From Thainema sp. (GTDB lineage Bacteria; Cyanobacteriota; Cyanobacteriia; Phormidesmidales; Phormidesmidaceae): a stretch of DNA of 64,000 nucleotides. This document shows, piece after piece, positions 55,501 through 64,000 of the stretch (position 1 is its first letter; each line of letters opens with the position of its first letter). The translations under genes and the position numbers were made by a program. Location of the stretch: assembly GCA_052168235.1 (NCBI GenBank), contig JBQLZK010000012.1, positions 1 through 64,000 on the forward strand. The letters are read 5' to 3'. Under the pieces are notes generated by a model, which was given only the letters and a program-made list of their open reading frames with translations, was not told the origin of the DNA and searched no databases.

Positions 55501-57635
55501 ATGGTGATGTTGCCTGTAACTGTGACGCTTCCACCCGCAAATATATGCAGGGAAGCTCCAGTGTAGCTATCAAACGAGACGTTACCTGCCGAGCGAACAA
55601 CCGGATCATAGGGGCTGAACCAACTGCCCTCGCTGCCATCTAGCGTTTCAATTTGGAAGTTGCCGCCTGACCAGTAATGAGCGTCGCCACCAACGGTATT
55701 GGCCGATCGCAAAGTTAAATCATTACCTGCAACGAGGCCACTTTGGTCATGATTAAGGGCAAAAATATCGATTTGCTGATTGCCCTGAACGGTTAAGTCA
55801 TTGCCTGCCGAGAGTAAAACCGGATTGTCTACCGTATCGCGAATCTGTACCGTATCGCCAGCTTGCAGCGTCAGATTGCCTGTCGTAACAACGGTACTTT
55901 CCGGCAAAAATAGGCTTTGTTGGGCAGAGAACAAGGCGCGATCGCTGTTGGCCGATTGCACCATCACATCACCTGCATTAACTGAGGAGCCACTAGCGGC
56001 CAGGACAACTTGACCCTCGCTGGTGATTTGAATCTGATCGGCATCCGCAAACTGTCCAGTTAGCAACTCTGGCAGGGAGAGAACGGGTAACGTCCAGGTA
56101 TTATCTGCGCTGGGAGAACTGGTGAGAGGCTGAACTTCTAAACTGAGTAAGTTTCCGGGCTGGCTAATTTGGACTAGGCTTTCACCCGGTACGGCGGCAA
56201 CGGTTAGCGCTCCATTGGGGGCTGATAGCTTTCCGGTGCTGACGACAGAACCACCGAGAAGCGTTAGTGAGCCATTCGTTACCGTTAAATTGCCGAGATT
56301 TGCGATCGCACCTGGTTCTGCCACTGTAAAACGATAGCCATTCGGTTCACCCACCAAGCTGCTGTAGTCATTGGTGCCAATCGCATTCCACCAGCCGTTG
56401 CCAAACCGTAGGCCATCTGCGGTGGAGACAGTTAGCGAACCAGGCAAATCGAGCCTTGCATTGGCTCCAAATAAAATGCCGCTGGGATTAATCAAATACA
56501 AATTGGCGTTGCTACCCGTAAGCTGAAGCAAACCATTGATCACCGACGCATCGCCGCCCATAATTCGGCCCAAAACGTTCATCGTTTCGGGTGGAGCAAT
56601 GAAGTTCGCGCTTTCGTTGGACTCTAGGCCAAACCGATCAAAGCTGTGGAACAGGTTAGCGCCATCGCTGGAAGATGAGCCGCCCGTGATTTGATACTGA
56701 CTGCCACTGGGTGAAACGATCGTGCCCGTACCATCAGCAGCGGGTGTGATGGACTGTGCGATGAGGTTGGTGTCAGAAGTTAGTCCCACTGGATTGAGCG
56801 TATTGCCCCAGGTTGGGGTTGCCCAGCCGAGCCAAGGAAGTGCGATCGCAGCTACAGCCGAAGCCGCAACGGGTAATGCACGGCGGCGTAATCTAGCAGG
56901 TTGATTAACCCGATCAACGATGAGCCGCTGTCGTCGATTCAGCGCTTGTTCCACCGCACAAAAGGCCCAGTGGGTTTGCTCAGCGGCTTTGCGATGGGAA
57001 TTATTGGCCGCGTAATACCGATAGAAATAGAGCGGCTTTTTCAGCGGATAAACATCTGTCACTTCCGACAGCCGCAAACAGAGGTCGTAATCGTAAGCGT
57101 AGGGAAAGGCGAGGTGAATGCCGCCAATTTGGTCATATACCGAGCGGCGCAGCAGCCGGAAGTGGAAGGTGATGAACTTGTGCAGCAGGGCTTCTCGCGA
57201 ATAGGGAATCTGGCAGCGAGAGCCGAGTCCGGTCACTTGACTCTCGGCGTCCATCACTAAATAGTCGGTGTAGACCATGCCGACGCGGGGATGGGATTCT
57301 AGGACGGCTACCGTTTCGGCCAATGCGGTCGGTGCCAGGATGTCGTCGCTGTCTACCCAGCCGAGGTAGCGTCCAGTTAACTGTGCGATCGCAGCCGTGC
57401 GGGAGCGAGGAATACCCTGGTGTGGTGCGGCGATTACCCGAATTCGCTGATCCTGTGCTGCAAACTGCTGGGCAATCTCGACGGAGCGATCGGTTGAGCC
57501 ATCGTCCCAAATAATCAGCTCAAAATCGGTAAACGTCTGAGCTAACACACTTTTAATTGCCGTTGCCAAGTAGCGATCGCGGTTGCGATTCGTAATCAGC
57601 AGCGAAACAAGTGGTGAGACAGGAGCAGTCGTCAT
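52515..57635 (-). CDS. Fusion: GT2 glycosyltransferase + signal-like segment + filamentous haemagglutinin secretion domain/beta-helix + CHAT domain
   Basis: N-terminal WDDGSTD, WVDSDD, YDYDLCLRL; NLFHSFDRF and LYLINPSGILFG (FHA N-terminus); HIASHAEF, LVLSACRTA, LASLWYVSD, HPFYWSAF (CHAT). Confidence 0.9.
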   Translation of the reverse strand: MTTAPVSPLVSLLITNRNRDRYLATAIKSVLAQTFTDFELIIWDDGSTDRSVEIAQQFAAQDQRIRVIAAPHQGIPRSRTAAIAQLTGRYLGWVDSDDILAPTALAETVAVLESHPRVGMVYTDYLVMDAESQVTGLGSRCQIPYSREALLHKFITFHFRLLRRSVYDQIGGIHLAFPYAYDYDLCLRLSEVTDVYPLKKPLYFYRYYAANNSHRKAAEQTHWAFCAVEQALNRRQRLIVDRVNQPARLRRRALPVAASAVAAIALPWLGWATPTWGNTLNPVGLTSDTNLIAQSITPAADGTGTIVSPSGSQYQITGGSSSSDGANLFHSFDRFGLESNESANFIAPPETMNVLGRIMGGDASVINGLLQLTGSNANLYLINPSGILFGANARLDLPGSLTVSTADGLRFGNGWWNAIGTNDYSSLVGEPNGYRFTVAEPGAIANLGNLTVTNGSLTLLGGSVVSTGKLSAPNGALTVAAVPGESLVQISQPGNLLSLEVQPLTSSPSADNTWTLPVLSLPELLTGQFADADQIQITSEGQVVLAASGSSVNAGDVMVQSANSDRALFSAQQSLFLPESTVVTTGNLTLQAGDTVQIRDTVDNPVLLSAGNDLTVQGNQQIDIFALNHDQSGLVAGNDLTLRSANTVGGDAHYWSGGNFQIETLDGSEGSWFSPYDPVVRSAGNVSFDSYTGASLHIFAGGSVTVTGNITINAPDAVDSITENNIGLSNGTAINIDGASVPTLDIRAGTTAIGGAPLIPPPGSGFTPGNPVLTAAPTAANITIGGNIQVAPFSPNNLTEVFLTTQYAPNAVAGGNITVGGTIDTSSPFGGYGGDVVVDARGNVDIGGTILTGTDSEFGPDTSGDVTILAPSGAIEVAAIDTSSLNAYGGEGGDVTLQASGDITANGAITTLVVSDPQIDFGIFSQGGEIQIISSAGSVTVGDLDTSAEMNPGFVPGVESTLNAIAGDITVQAGQSITAANVIATATTPASTAQAGEVQLIAGATPGQSNIQFTRIDTSASSLAGPGIANNVTVTASDGTVQGTGQDLLGRTINAEGSTAGGTVAITHDGGPDNVPFTVGDASTNGTAGDIVTNADAIAPLATFPNAGTETATNGTISITFNNIAPNLSTTTNSLSSPTNAPILFTIASFTPATGDSNADNLTYQIDSILDGELFRADGVTPVLAGDTVTESETLIYVPAGTATTAIDAFTLVVNDGLADSAAVTITFQTGEIPEPNPNPNPNPNPEPKPEPEDITFQDPVCPPFCGGEPPLDVDENPSGGEVLPPITIDEAQAVLQDIADKTGIEPALIYVNYLPATLAVNPGFSELEATASQEIANYLNRSDQSRGIAFDLAPQPTDELELLLVTANQPPVRRRVPGITRQQVEAAAVDLQTQLTDPRLIQSTAYRQSAQQLYQWIIGTLQADLVAQEVENIAFIMPSKLRSLPVAALYDGQQFLIEQYSLGLMPSLNLIDTRYEDVRNSQVLAMGTDKFKDLPALPAVPVELAAIGDTWTGETLVDEAFTIDNLKKERQITPFGIIHIASHAEFLPGDPSNSFIQFNDQRLKLSELRELGLNEPPVELLVLSACRTAIGNEDAELGFAGLALQAGVKSALASLWYVSDEGTLALMTEFYNQLQTSPIKAEALRQTQIAMLQGQVQIDERTIEEAQEFGFSPPLDRQEGQESVGNSDLSHPFYWSAFTLVGSPW

Positions 57636-57894
57636 AACCAGGAAACCACGAAAGATCAGCTGAGTATTCTAACGCTACGCGATTCGACTCTTCGCATCAG
57701 GAAATTGCAAGAAAATTTAGGGGATAGGCAGCCACCTAGGCGCGCCACCAGTGGCACACTTGCCAAATCATCCTACGCACGGCTACGACACTCGATTCAA
57801 TCCTGATACGCTAAACTCAGGCTTTAATGCATTTTCGTTATCAGCCTAAATACATCGGTCATTAGCAACCATCTCAGAGTGTTTCGATTTGCCC

Positions 57895-58854
57895 ATGAAG
57901 TCCTTATTTTTCAGCGTTGTCATTCCCACCTATAACCGCAAGCCAATTCTGGAAAAGTGCTTAAGGGCGATGGAGCAGCAGGAGATCCCCGCCAATAGCG
58001 CGATCGCAGAGTACGAAATTATCGTGGTTGATGATGGGTCAACGGACGGGACGGTGGCGTGGCTGACGGAATCCGCATCGGAGTTTCCCCATGTGCGCCT
58101 GTTTCAGCAGGAACACCTTGGCCCGTCTGCGGCTCGCAATTTGGGGGTTGAAGCGGCTCAGGGTGACACGATTATCTTTATCGACAGTGATTTAGTTGTA
58201 ACCGAATGCTTTTTGCAGTCCCATGCCGATGCGCTCCAGCAGGGGTACGCTCAACTTGGTTGCGATCGCTGTTTCACCTATGGCGCGGTGATCAATACCT
58301 GCAATTTTGACAATCCAACTGCTGAACCTTATAAGGTAACTGACTTTTCAGCCGCCTACTTTGCGACGGGTAATGTTGCGATCGCAAAACACTGGCTAGA
58401 GGAAGCGGGACTGTTTGATACCGGATTTCAGCTCTATGGCTGGGAAGATTTGGAGCTGGGCGTGCGGCTGAAAAAGCTGGGGCTAAAGCTGATCAAGTGC
58501 CCCGCCGCTGTTGGCTATCACTGGCATCCCCCGTTTAAGCTAGCGGATATTCCTAATTTGATTGATAAGGAAATTCAGCGCGGTCGGATGGGCGTTTTGT
58601 TCTATCAAAAGCACCCCACCTGGAACGTCCGCATGATGATTCAAATGACTTGGCTGCATCGAGTGCTGTGGGGGTTGCTCTCGCTCGGTGGACGGCTAAA
58701 TGAACGGACAATGGCCCCACTTTTGCAATGGCTGATTAATAGTGGTCGGCCTCAGCTTGCCCTAGAACTAGCACGGGTATTTCTCAACTGGTACAACGTT
58801 CGGGGTGTCTATGCGGCCTATGCAGAAATGCAGCAGAGTCCAGTAAATAAATAA
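57895..58854 (+). CDS. Family 2 glycosyltransferase
   Basis: SVVIPTYNR, VDDGSTDGT, ARNLG, FIDSD, GWEDLELG. Confidence 0.92.
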   Translation: MKSLFFSVVIPTYNRKPILEKCLRAMEQQEIPANSAIAEYEIIVVDDGSTDGTVAWLTESASEFPHVRLFQQEHLGPSAARNLGVEAAQGDTIIFIDSDLVVTECFLQSHADALQQGYAQLGCDRCFTYGAVINTCNFDNPTAEPYKVTDFSAAYFATGNVAIAKHWLEEAGLFDTGFQLYGWEDLELGVRLKKLGLKLIKCPAAVGYHWHPPFKLADIPNLIDKEIQRGRMGVLFYQKHPTWNVRMMIQMTWLHRVLWGLLSLGGRLNERTMAPLLQWLINSGRPQLALELARVFLNWYNVRGVYAAYAEMQQSPVNK

Positions 58855-58898
58855 CAACAAGCCGTCGCCTGGCTACCAGGCGACGGCTTGTTGTTATT
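58850..58898. repeat. Perfect hairpin, 23-bp arms, CTA loop, between convergent genes
   Basis: AATAACAACAAGCCGTCGCCTGG CTA CCAGGCGACGGCTTGTTGTTATT. Confidence 0.9.
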
Positions 58899-58907
58899 GT
58901 TCATTGA

Positions 58908-60188
58908 TTAAGCGCTAATCGTAGACTTGTACATTGCTTCGCGGGTGGCGACCATACCCTGGACGAGGCGATCCATTTCCTCGCGGGTGTGGAGCGCATT
59001 CGCAGTCACGCGGATGCGGGGCTTGGCAATGAACCAGATGGGAGAAACCCAGATGCCGTGCGTGTCCATTAGCTGGCGAGCAAAAACCTTAGGATTAATA
59101 TCCACAGGTAGCAGAATGGGTAACACATTGGTTTCACCAATGACTTCGAAATCATTGGCCGCAAGCTGCGATCGCAGATAGCGAGTATTTTCCTGCAGGC
59201 GCTGCACCAGTTCCGGGGACTGACGCACGCGGCGAATGCTCTGGAGGGCGGCTGCCGTTAGCGGTGGCGCGAGAGAAATCGTGCCAATCGACGTAGGCGA
59301 TACGTTCAATAGCGGCTTTAGCTCAGCGGTAGCGGAACTAATCGCAGCCCCAGCAGACGCGGCAAACTTCGAGAATGTGGTCATGATGATTGGCTCAACG
59401 CCGCGATCTAGCGCATATTGAGGCGTGATGCCAAAGTGCTCATAAACACCGCGTCCAGTTGCACCAATGGCTCCACTAGCATGGGCTTCATCCATCACTA
59501 AAGTTGTATCCTCATAGGCCGAGAGGATATCAATCATCTCCGGCAGGGGCACAACGTCCCCATCCATTGAGAACACAGCGTCAGAAATCACCAAAATGCG
59601 ATCGCCCGGGCGGGCATAACGCTTCAGCTTGCGGGCCAAATCTTCCATATCGCAGTGGCGGTAGGCCCGCACCCGTACCCGTGGGCTATGGCCAAATAGC
59701 TTGCCAGAGCGTGTACCTGCGTTTGTAACAGCGGAAATAATGCAACCGTGGTTGAGCACATCCGTCAAAATCAGCGTTTCGCGGGTGTGCTGAAATCCCG
59801 GCACGGGAATGGCTAAATGACAATAGGCATCCATCAGCGCCTGTAGCGCCATCCACGCATTCAAAAATAGCTGCGTGTGCGGTAAATGCTTAAAGTCCGA
59901 AATTTCATCTTCGAGTTGGCGATGGAGATCGATGCGACCGCTCAAGACAGAGCAAGAGCTATTGGATGTCCCGTAGTGCTGAATCGAATCAATTGCAGCT
60001 TGCTGAACGGATTTGTCTTGAACTAACCCGAGGACATCGTTGGTGCAGAAGGTCAGCACGCGACGCCGGATGCCAGTGGCAGATTCCTCAATATCGACGA
60101 TGTTGCCATGTTTGGCATGACAAATGTATTCGTCCGGATCAAGGCCACTTTGATACCACTTTTGGACGTATTCTTTAACAACTTGCAC
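58908..60188 (-). CDS. PLP-dependent alpha-oxoamine synthase family enzyme (BioF/KBL/SPT-like, divergent)
   Basis: NDVLGL, DVLNHGCI, YRHCD, DAVFSMDGD, DEAHASG, TTFSK; GTG start after GAGGAG. Confidence 0.85.
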   Translation of the reverse strand: MQVVKEYVQKWYQSGLDPDEYICHAKHGNIVDIEESATGIRRRVLTFCTNDVLGLVQDKSVQQAAIDSIQHYGTSNSSCSVLSGRIDLHRQLEDEISDFKHLPHTQLFLNAWMALQALMDAYCHLAIPVPGFQHTRETLILTDVLNHGCIISAVTNAGTRSGKLFGHSPRVRVRAYRHCDMEDLARKLKRYARPGDRILVISDAVFSMDGDVVPLPEMIDILSAYEDTTLVMDEAHASGAIGATGRGVYEHFGITPQYALDRGVEPIIMTTFSKFAASAGAAISSATAELKPLLNVSPTSIGTISLAPPLTAAALQSIRRVRQSPELVQRLQENTRYLRSQLAANDFEVIGETNVLPILLPVDINPKVFARQLMDTHGIWVSPIWFIAKPRIRVTANALHTREEMDRLVQGMVATREAMYKSTISA

Positions 60189-60966
60189 AGCTCACTCCTC
60201 TCACCTAGTTCCTCAATCGCCAAGCTCTGTGTTTCATGAAATCCAAATCGTTTCAATGTAATGAGATCGCTCGGTATTCTGCTCTAACGTATCGGATGAT
60301 ATCCCGCTTGGATCAGGGTGATCCTACAGATTTTTAACTGGCACACCACTTATCCAAAGGCACATGCTACAAAGCAGCTTGCTATAGAATGCCCCTTATT
60401 TCCTAGAGGGGTAGAACCCTGTCAGAGTAAGCACCAATTATAGAACCGGACGATTGTATCAATCCTTTCTGGCTTCTTTACAAATGTCAACTATTGCTAA
60501 GCATACGCTGATTTCGACCGATAGGCTATAAAACGCTCGAATCTAGCGGGATTAGGGGATTTACGTGCTCTGGAGCTGAGCTTGACGACCTGTCGCATTT
60601 ATTTCTTAAGGCACAGTTATCGTTTAGCTCCAAAAAATTATTGGGCAGTAGTCTGTCAACTTTATTTTGCTGAGTTTGATGGCTGGTGTGCTGAACGAAG
60701 CGCAGCCCATCAGCCTGAATATAACAGCGGTAATTTAGGTCGTGATTTTTGAGGATACCAATCCGTGTTCTTGGAACATATCCAAGTCCAAGGGTTGTGG
60801 ATTAAATGGCCTGTAAACCCTTCCATCCTTGGGGGCATGGCATTATGTGTCGCTGCCACAAAGACTTCACCTGATTAAATCCGCGTTCCTGAGTGGATTG
60901 CCTTTAGAGATAAAGTGTCTAATATGAATGTGAACGGCGCGATTGAGGAAGTACGGGGGAAATACT

Positions 60967-61962
60967 ATGTCATCTGATCCAGCCACATCTACGCCACCTG
61001 TTGACCCCAACCGCACAGGCCGTCAATCTTCGGTTGAGACGCAGTATTACACCTGGCGTGGCCATCATTGTGCCTATGATGTGCTCACCCGAGATCGCAC
61101 CTTAAATAATCCGAGTATTTCCGACGCGTCCGATTCCGATCAACCCGCTATTCTGCTGCTCCATCCGATCGGTGTTGGCTTATCGCGCCAGTTTTGGCAG
61201 CGGTTTGCCGAGGCTTGGTTTGAGGCTGGAGAAACCGCTCCTCTATATAATCCCGACTTATTGGGCAATGGTGAGAGCGGCATGCCCCATGTGGCTTACT
61301 ATCCAGCCGACTGGGCCGAACAGCTAGAGTACTTTATCCAAACGGTGATTCGCCGCCCCGTTATTTTGATTTCCCAAGGGGCGCTGTTTCCAGTTGCGAT
61401 CGCGCTGACTCAGCGATCCAACAGCCTAGAACTTATCCAAGGCTTAATTCTGGCTGGCCCTCCGGCCTGGTCAATCATGACTACTCCCTCACCCACATGG
61501 CAAAATCGCCTGCTGTGGAGTCTATTCGATTCTCCCCTGGGTCAGGCGTTCTATCGCTATGCCCGCCGCGAAGATTTTTTGCGCTCCTTTTCAATTAAGC
61601 AGCTTTTTGATGATGCCGCCGATGTCGATGCTGAGTGGCTCAACATGCTGCAAGCGGGTGCTACCGACCCAGCCAGCCGTCATGCTGTCTTTTCCTTCCT
61701 AGCAGGCTTTTGGCGGCGAGACTACACGGAAGCGATGCAGCGGATTCCGCAGCCAACGCTAGTTGTCTTTGGTGAAACAGCCTCTAGTATTAGTCGCTCG
61801 GGTAAAAACGAATCGCCACAAGATCGAATGACGGATTATCTCAAGCATTTACCCCATGTAGAAGGACGATTTATGTCAGGGCGCAATGTGCTGCCTTATG
61901 AGCGGCCAGTTGAATTTGTGCAAACGATATCATCCTTCGTTCACCAGCTTGCTCAAGCCTAG
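60967..61962 (+). CDS. Alpha/beta-fold hydrolase-like protein
   Basis: LLHPIGVG, PDLLGNG, PTLVVFGE; nucleophile and His positions look degenerate (SQGA, GRNVLPYE). Confidence 0.75.
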   Translation: MSSDPATSTPPVDPNRTGRQSSVETQYYTWRGHHCAYDVLTRDRTLNNPSISDASDSDQPAILLLHPIGVGLSRQFWQRFAEAWFEAGETAPLYNPDLLGNGESGMPHVAYYPADWAEQLEYFIQTVIRRPVILISQGALFPVAIALTQRSNSLELIQGLILAGPPAWSIMTTPSPTWQNRLLWSLFDSPLGQAFYRYARREDFLRSFSIKQLFDDAADVDAEWLNMLQAGATDPASRHAVFSFLAGFWRRDYTEAMQRIPQPTLVVFGETASSISRSGKNESPQDRMTDYLKHLPHVEGRFMSGRNVLPYERPVEFVQTISSFVHQLAQA

Positions 61963-61966
61963 ATGT

Positions 61967-62371
61967 CTATTCTTTCTCGATGCTGACGCGATCAGTTTCG
62001 ATATGTTTTGTCCCATCGACCTGGCGAACAACATCTATAACGTGATCCAGTTCGATTCTGCTGGGAACCTGTCCTTCAAAAATGACGGAATCGCCGAATT
62101 GAATTAGCCGCAGTTGCTCTAGGTCAGACGCAACTGGATCATCTTCAAGTGCGATCGCGGCTCGCTTGGCCAATCCACTAGGATCATATTCTCCATTCAG
62201 GCCCATGAACTCCGGCGGTGGTGGTGGCATGTGAGTCCCCGCATCTTCCCGGAGCTGAGCATTGTAGTCCTGCCCAAAGCCCGGCTGCATGCGTGATTCC
62301 GCATCGAAATCGTGGGTCGGCTGCGTCAATTCCCCAACTTGTTGCACATAGGCGCGCTGTAACCAGGTCAT
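61967..62371 (-). CDS. BON-domain-like protein
   Basis: GLNGEYDPSGLAKRAAIAL...VIFEGQV...VRQVDGTKHIETDRV. Confidence 0.7.
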   Translation of the reverse strand: MTWLQRAYVQQVGELTQPTHDFDAESRMQPGFGQDYNAQLREDAGTHMPPPPPEFMGLNGEYDPSGLAKRAAIALEDDPVASDLEQLRLIQFGDSVIFEGQVPSRIELDHVIDVVRQVDGTKHIETDRVSIEKE

Positions 62372-62523
62372 AACTTTGTCTTAAATAAGATACTGCTTCT
62401 CTATTACAGCGTGGATACATTGCCCCTACATCATCCCAGTGTGATAGGTCAAGTCAACTTGATGGCTTCAAAAGGGAGAAATATAGCGCCGTCATTTTGA
62501 TTGCAGTATTTAAACCAAATCCA

Positions 62524-62570
62524 GGTTGAAAAGTAGAGCTTTCCCTCAGGGAAAGCTCTACTTTTCAACC
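62524..62570. repeat. Perfect hairpin, 22-bp arms, TCA loop
   Basis: GGTTGAAAAGTAGAGCTTTCCC TCA GGGAAAGCTCTACTTTTCAACC. Confidence 0.9.
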
Positions 62571-62908
62571 CTGTTGGGGTTTATACAATCTGATGTTTCA
62601 ACATTTGAAATTCAACAGTTGAAAATTTTCTATTGGTTTTCTGTTGGTTTGATTTTGGAGCGCTGCTTATCTGTCACTTTACAAACAGTTTCGCAGTATG
62701 AATTTTGAGTATCACCTTTTTGTCAATGTAGCGGATTATACGAAGCGGGATCAATGATAGTAATTATTGCCCTTGGGAATAATAATTGAGAACGCTAGTT
62801 TTACCGAATTAAATCGCCTGCATCTGCTCATTTCAACTGACTATCAGCCGACTATCAGTGATTCGGTATACGAGATTAAAGTCGTTTGCATAAGAGTAAT
62901 TACGTAGA

Positions 62909-64000
62909 ATGATGTTAGGCCACTCTTTCAGTCACACCACTATTCATGAAGCGATTGAACACCAAGCGCGCCAAACACCGCAGGCTAAAGCAATCATTTG
63001 GCAACAAACGAGCTTAACCTATGCAGAACTTAATCAGCGGGCCAATCAGTTAGCCCACTATTTAATTCATTCAGGTGTTCAACCAGAATGTTTTGTAGGA
63101 GTTTGTTTAGAGCGATCGCTTGATATGGTGGTGGCGCTGTTGGCGATTCTTAAGGCTGGAGGGGCTTATGTACCTTTGGATCCCACCTATCCTTCCGATC
63201 GCCTCGCTTTCATTATTGAAGATACTCAGCTTCCTTTGGTCATTACTCAAGTGAGCCTGCAACCGTGTCTACCGGAGTATCAGGCCAAAGCTATCTATCT
63301 AGATACCGAGCAGTCAACGCTGGAGCAGTTTTCGATCCAAAATCCAGACACTTGGCAAAATCCGGCTCAGGGCGTGAACCCTCACAACCTGGCTTACGTG
63401 ATTTACACCTCTGGGTCAACTGGCCGACCCAAAGGTGTCGCGATTGAACACCGCAATGCGATCGCACTGATTGACTGGGCACGAGAACTCTATACTTCTG
63501 AACAGTTGGCTGGCGTACTGGCCGCAACGTCACTCTGCTTTGATTTGTCGATTTTTGAACTGTTCGTTACGTTAAGCTGTGGCGGCACGGTGATTTTAGC
63601 CAAGGATGCTCTCCAGTTGCCCCGTCTACCGGCTGCGAATCAGGTGACGTTAATTAATACAGTGCCATCTGCGATCGCAGAACTGTTGAGGATTGACGGT
63701 ATTCCAACTTCTGTTAAAACCATTAATCTTGCGGGCGAACCACTACAAAATACGCTAGCCCAGCAGCTTTATCAGCTTGACCACGTTGAGCAAGTTTATA
63801 ACCTATATGGGCCGTCCGAAGATACCACCTACTCTACTGTCGCCCTAGTCCAAAAAGGCGCAACAACTTCGCCCTCAATTGGCCGTCCGATCAGCAATAC
63901 CCAAATTTATCTGTTAGACAGCCGCCTCAACCTGGTGCAGGAAGGAGCGGAAGGCGAAATCTATATCAGTGGAGCAGGCATTGCCCGGGAATATCTCAAC
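62909..64000 (+). CDS. NRPS beginning with an adenylation domain (partial, runs off the window)
   Basis: Open frame from ATG 62909: LTYAELN (A1), LKAGGAYVPLD (A2), LAYVIYTSGSTGRPKG (A3), FDLS (A4), NLYGPSE (A5); absent from ORF track because no stop in window. Confidence 0.95.
   Translation, partial: MMLGHSFSHTTIHEAIEHQARQTPQAKAIIWQQTSLTYAELNQRANQLAHYLIHSGVQPECFVGVCLERSLDMVVALLAILKAGGAYVPLDPTYPSDRLAFIIEDTQLPLVITQVSLQPCLPEYQAKAIYLDTEQSTLEQFSIQNPDTWQNPAQGVNPHNLAYVIYTSGSTGRPKGVAIEHRNAIALIDWARELYTSEQLAGVLAATSLCFDLSIFELFVTLSCGGTVILAKDALQLPRLPAANQVTLINTVPSAIAELLRIDGIPTSVKTINLAGEPLQNTLAQQLYQLDHVEQVYNLYGPSEDTTYSTVALVQKGATTSPSIGRPISNTQIYLLDSRLNLVQEGAEGEIYISGAGIAREYLN

Overview
Chromosomal segment of a filamentous, probably non-heterocystous cyanobacterium (dense HIP1 GCGATCGC sites, psbA, psaF-J-L, hetR, atpD-atpC, CIRCE/K-box groESL). 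It is mostly housekeeping genes. It also has a patX-hetR pair whose PatX carries two RGSGR motifs, a pseudo-orthocaspase next to a membrane protein sharing its helical repeats, and a cyanoexosortase B/amino-sugar/Wza locus. A 1706-aa ORF fuses a GT2 glycosyltransferase, through an internal signal-peptide-like segment, to a filamentous-haemagglutinin/CHAT protein. The window ends in an NRPS that starts with an Ala-type adenylation domain. Intergenic DNA is rich in small modular repeats: at least nine perfect 17-25 bp-arm hairpins (eight with 3-nt loops and GC-rich cores), several nested in MITE-like shells, including an apparent filled/empty pair. There are also REP-like GTAG doublets and STRR-like tandem repeats. 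Features missed by the ORF track: psbA 5' end, psaJ, tRNA-Pro, a DUF29 pseudogene and the NRPS. All assignments come from motif recognition by eye; no database searches were run.
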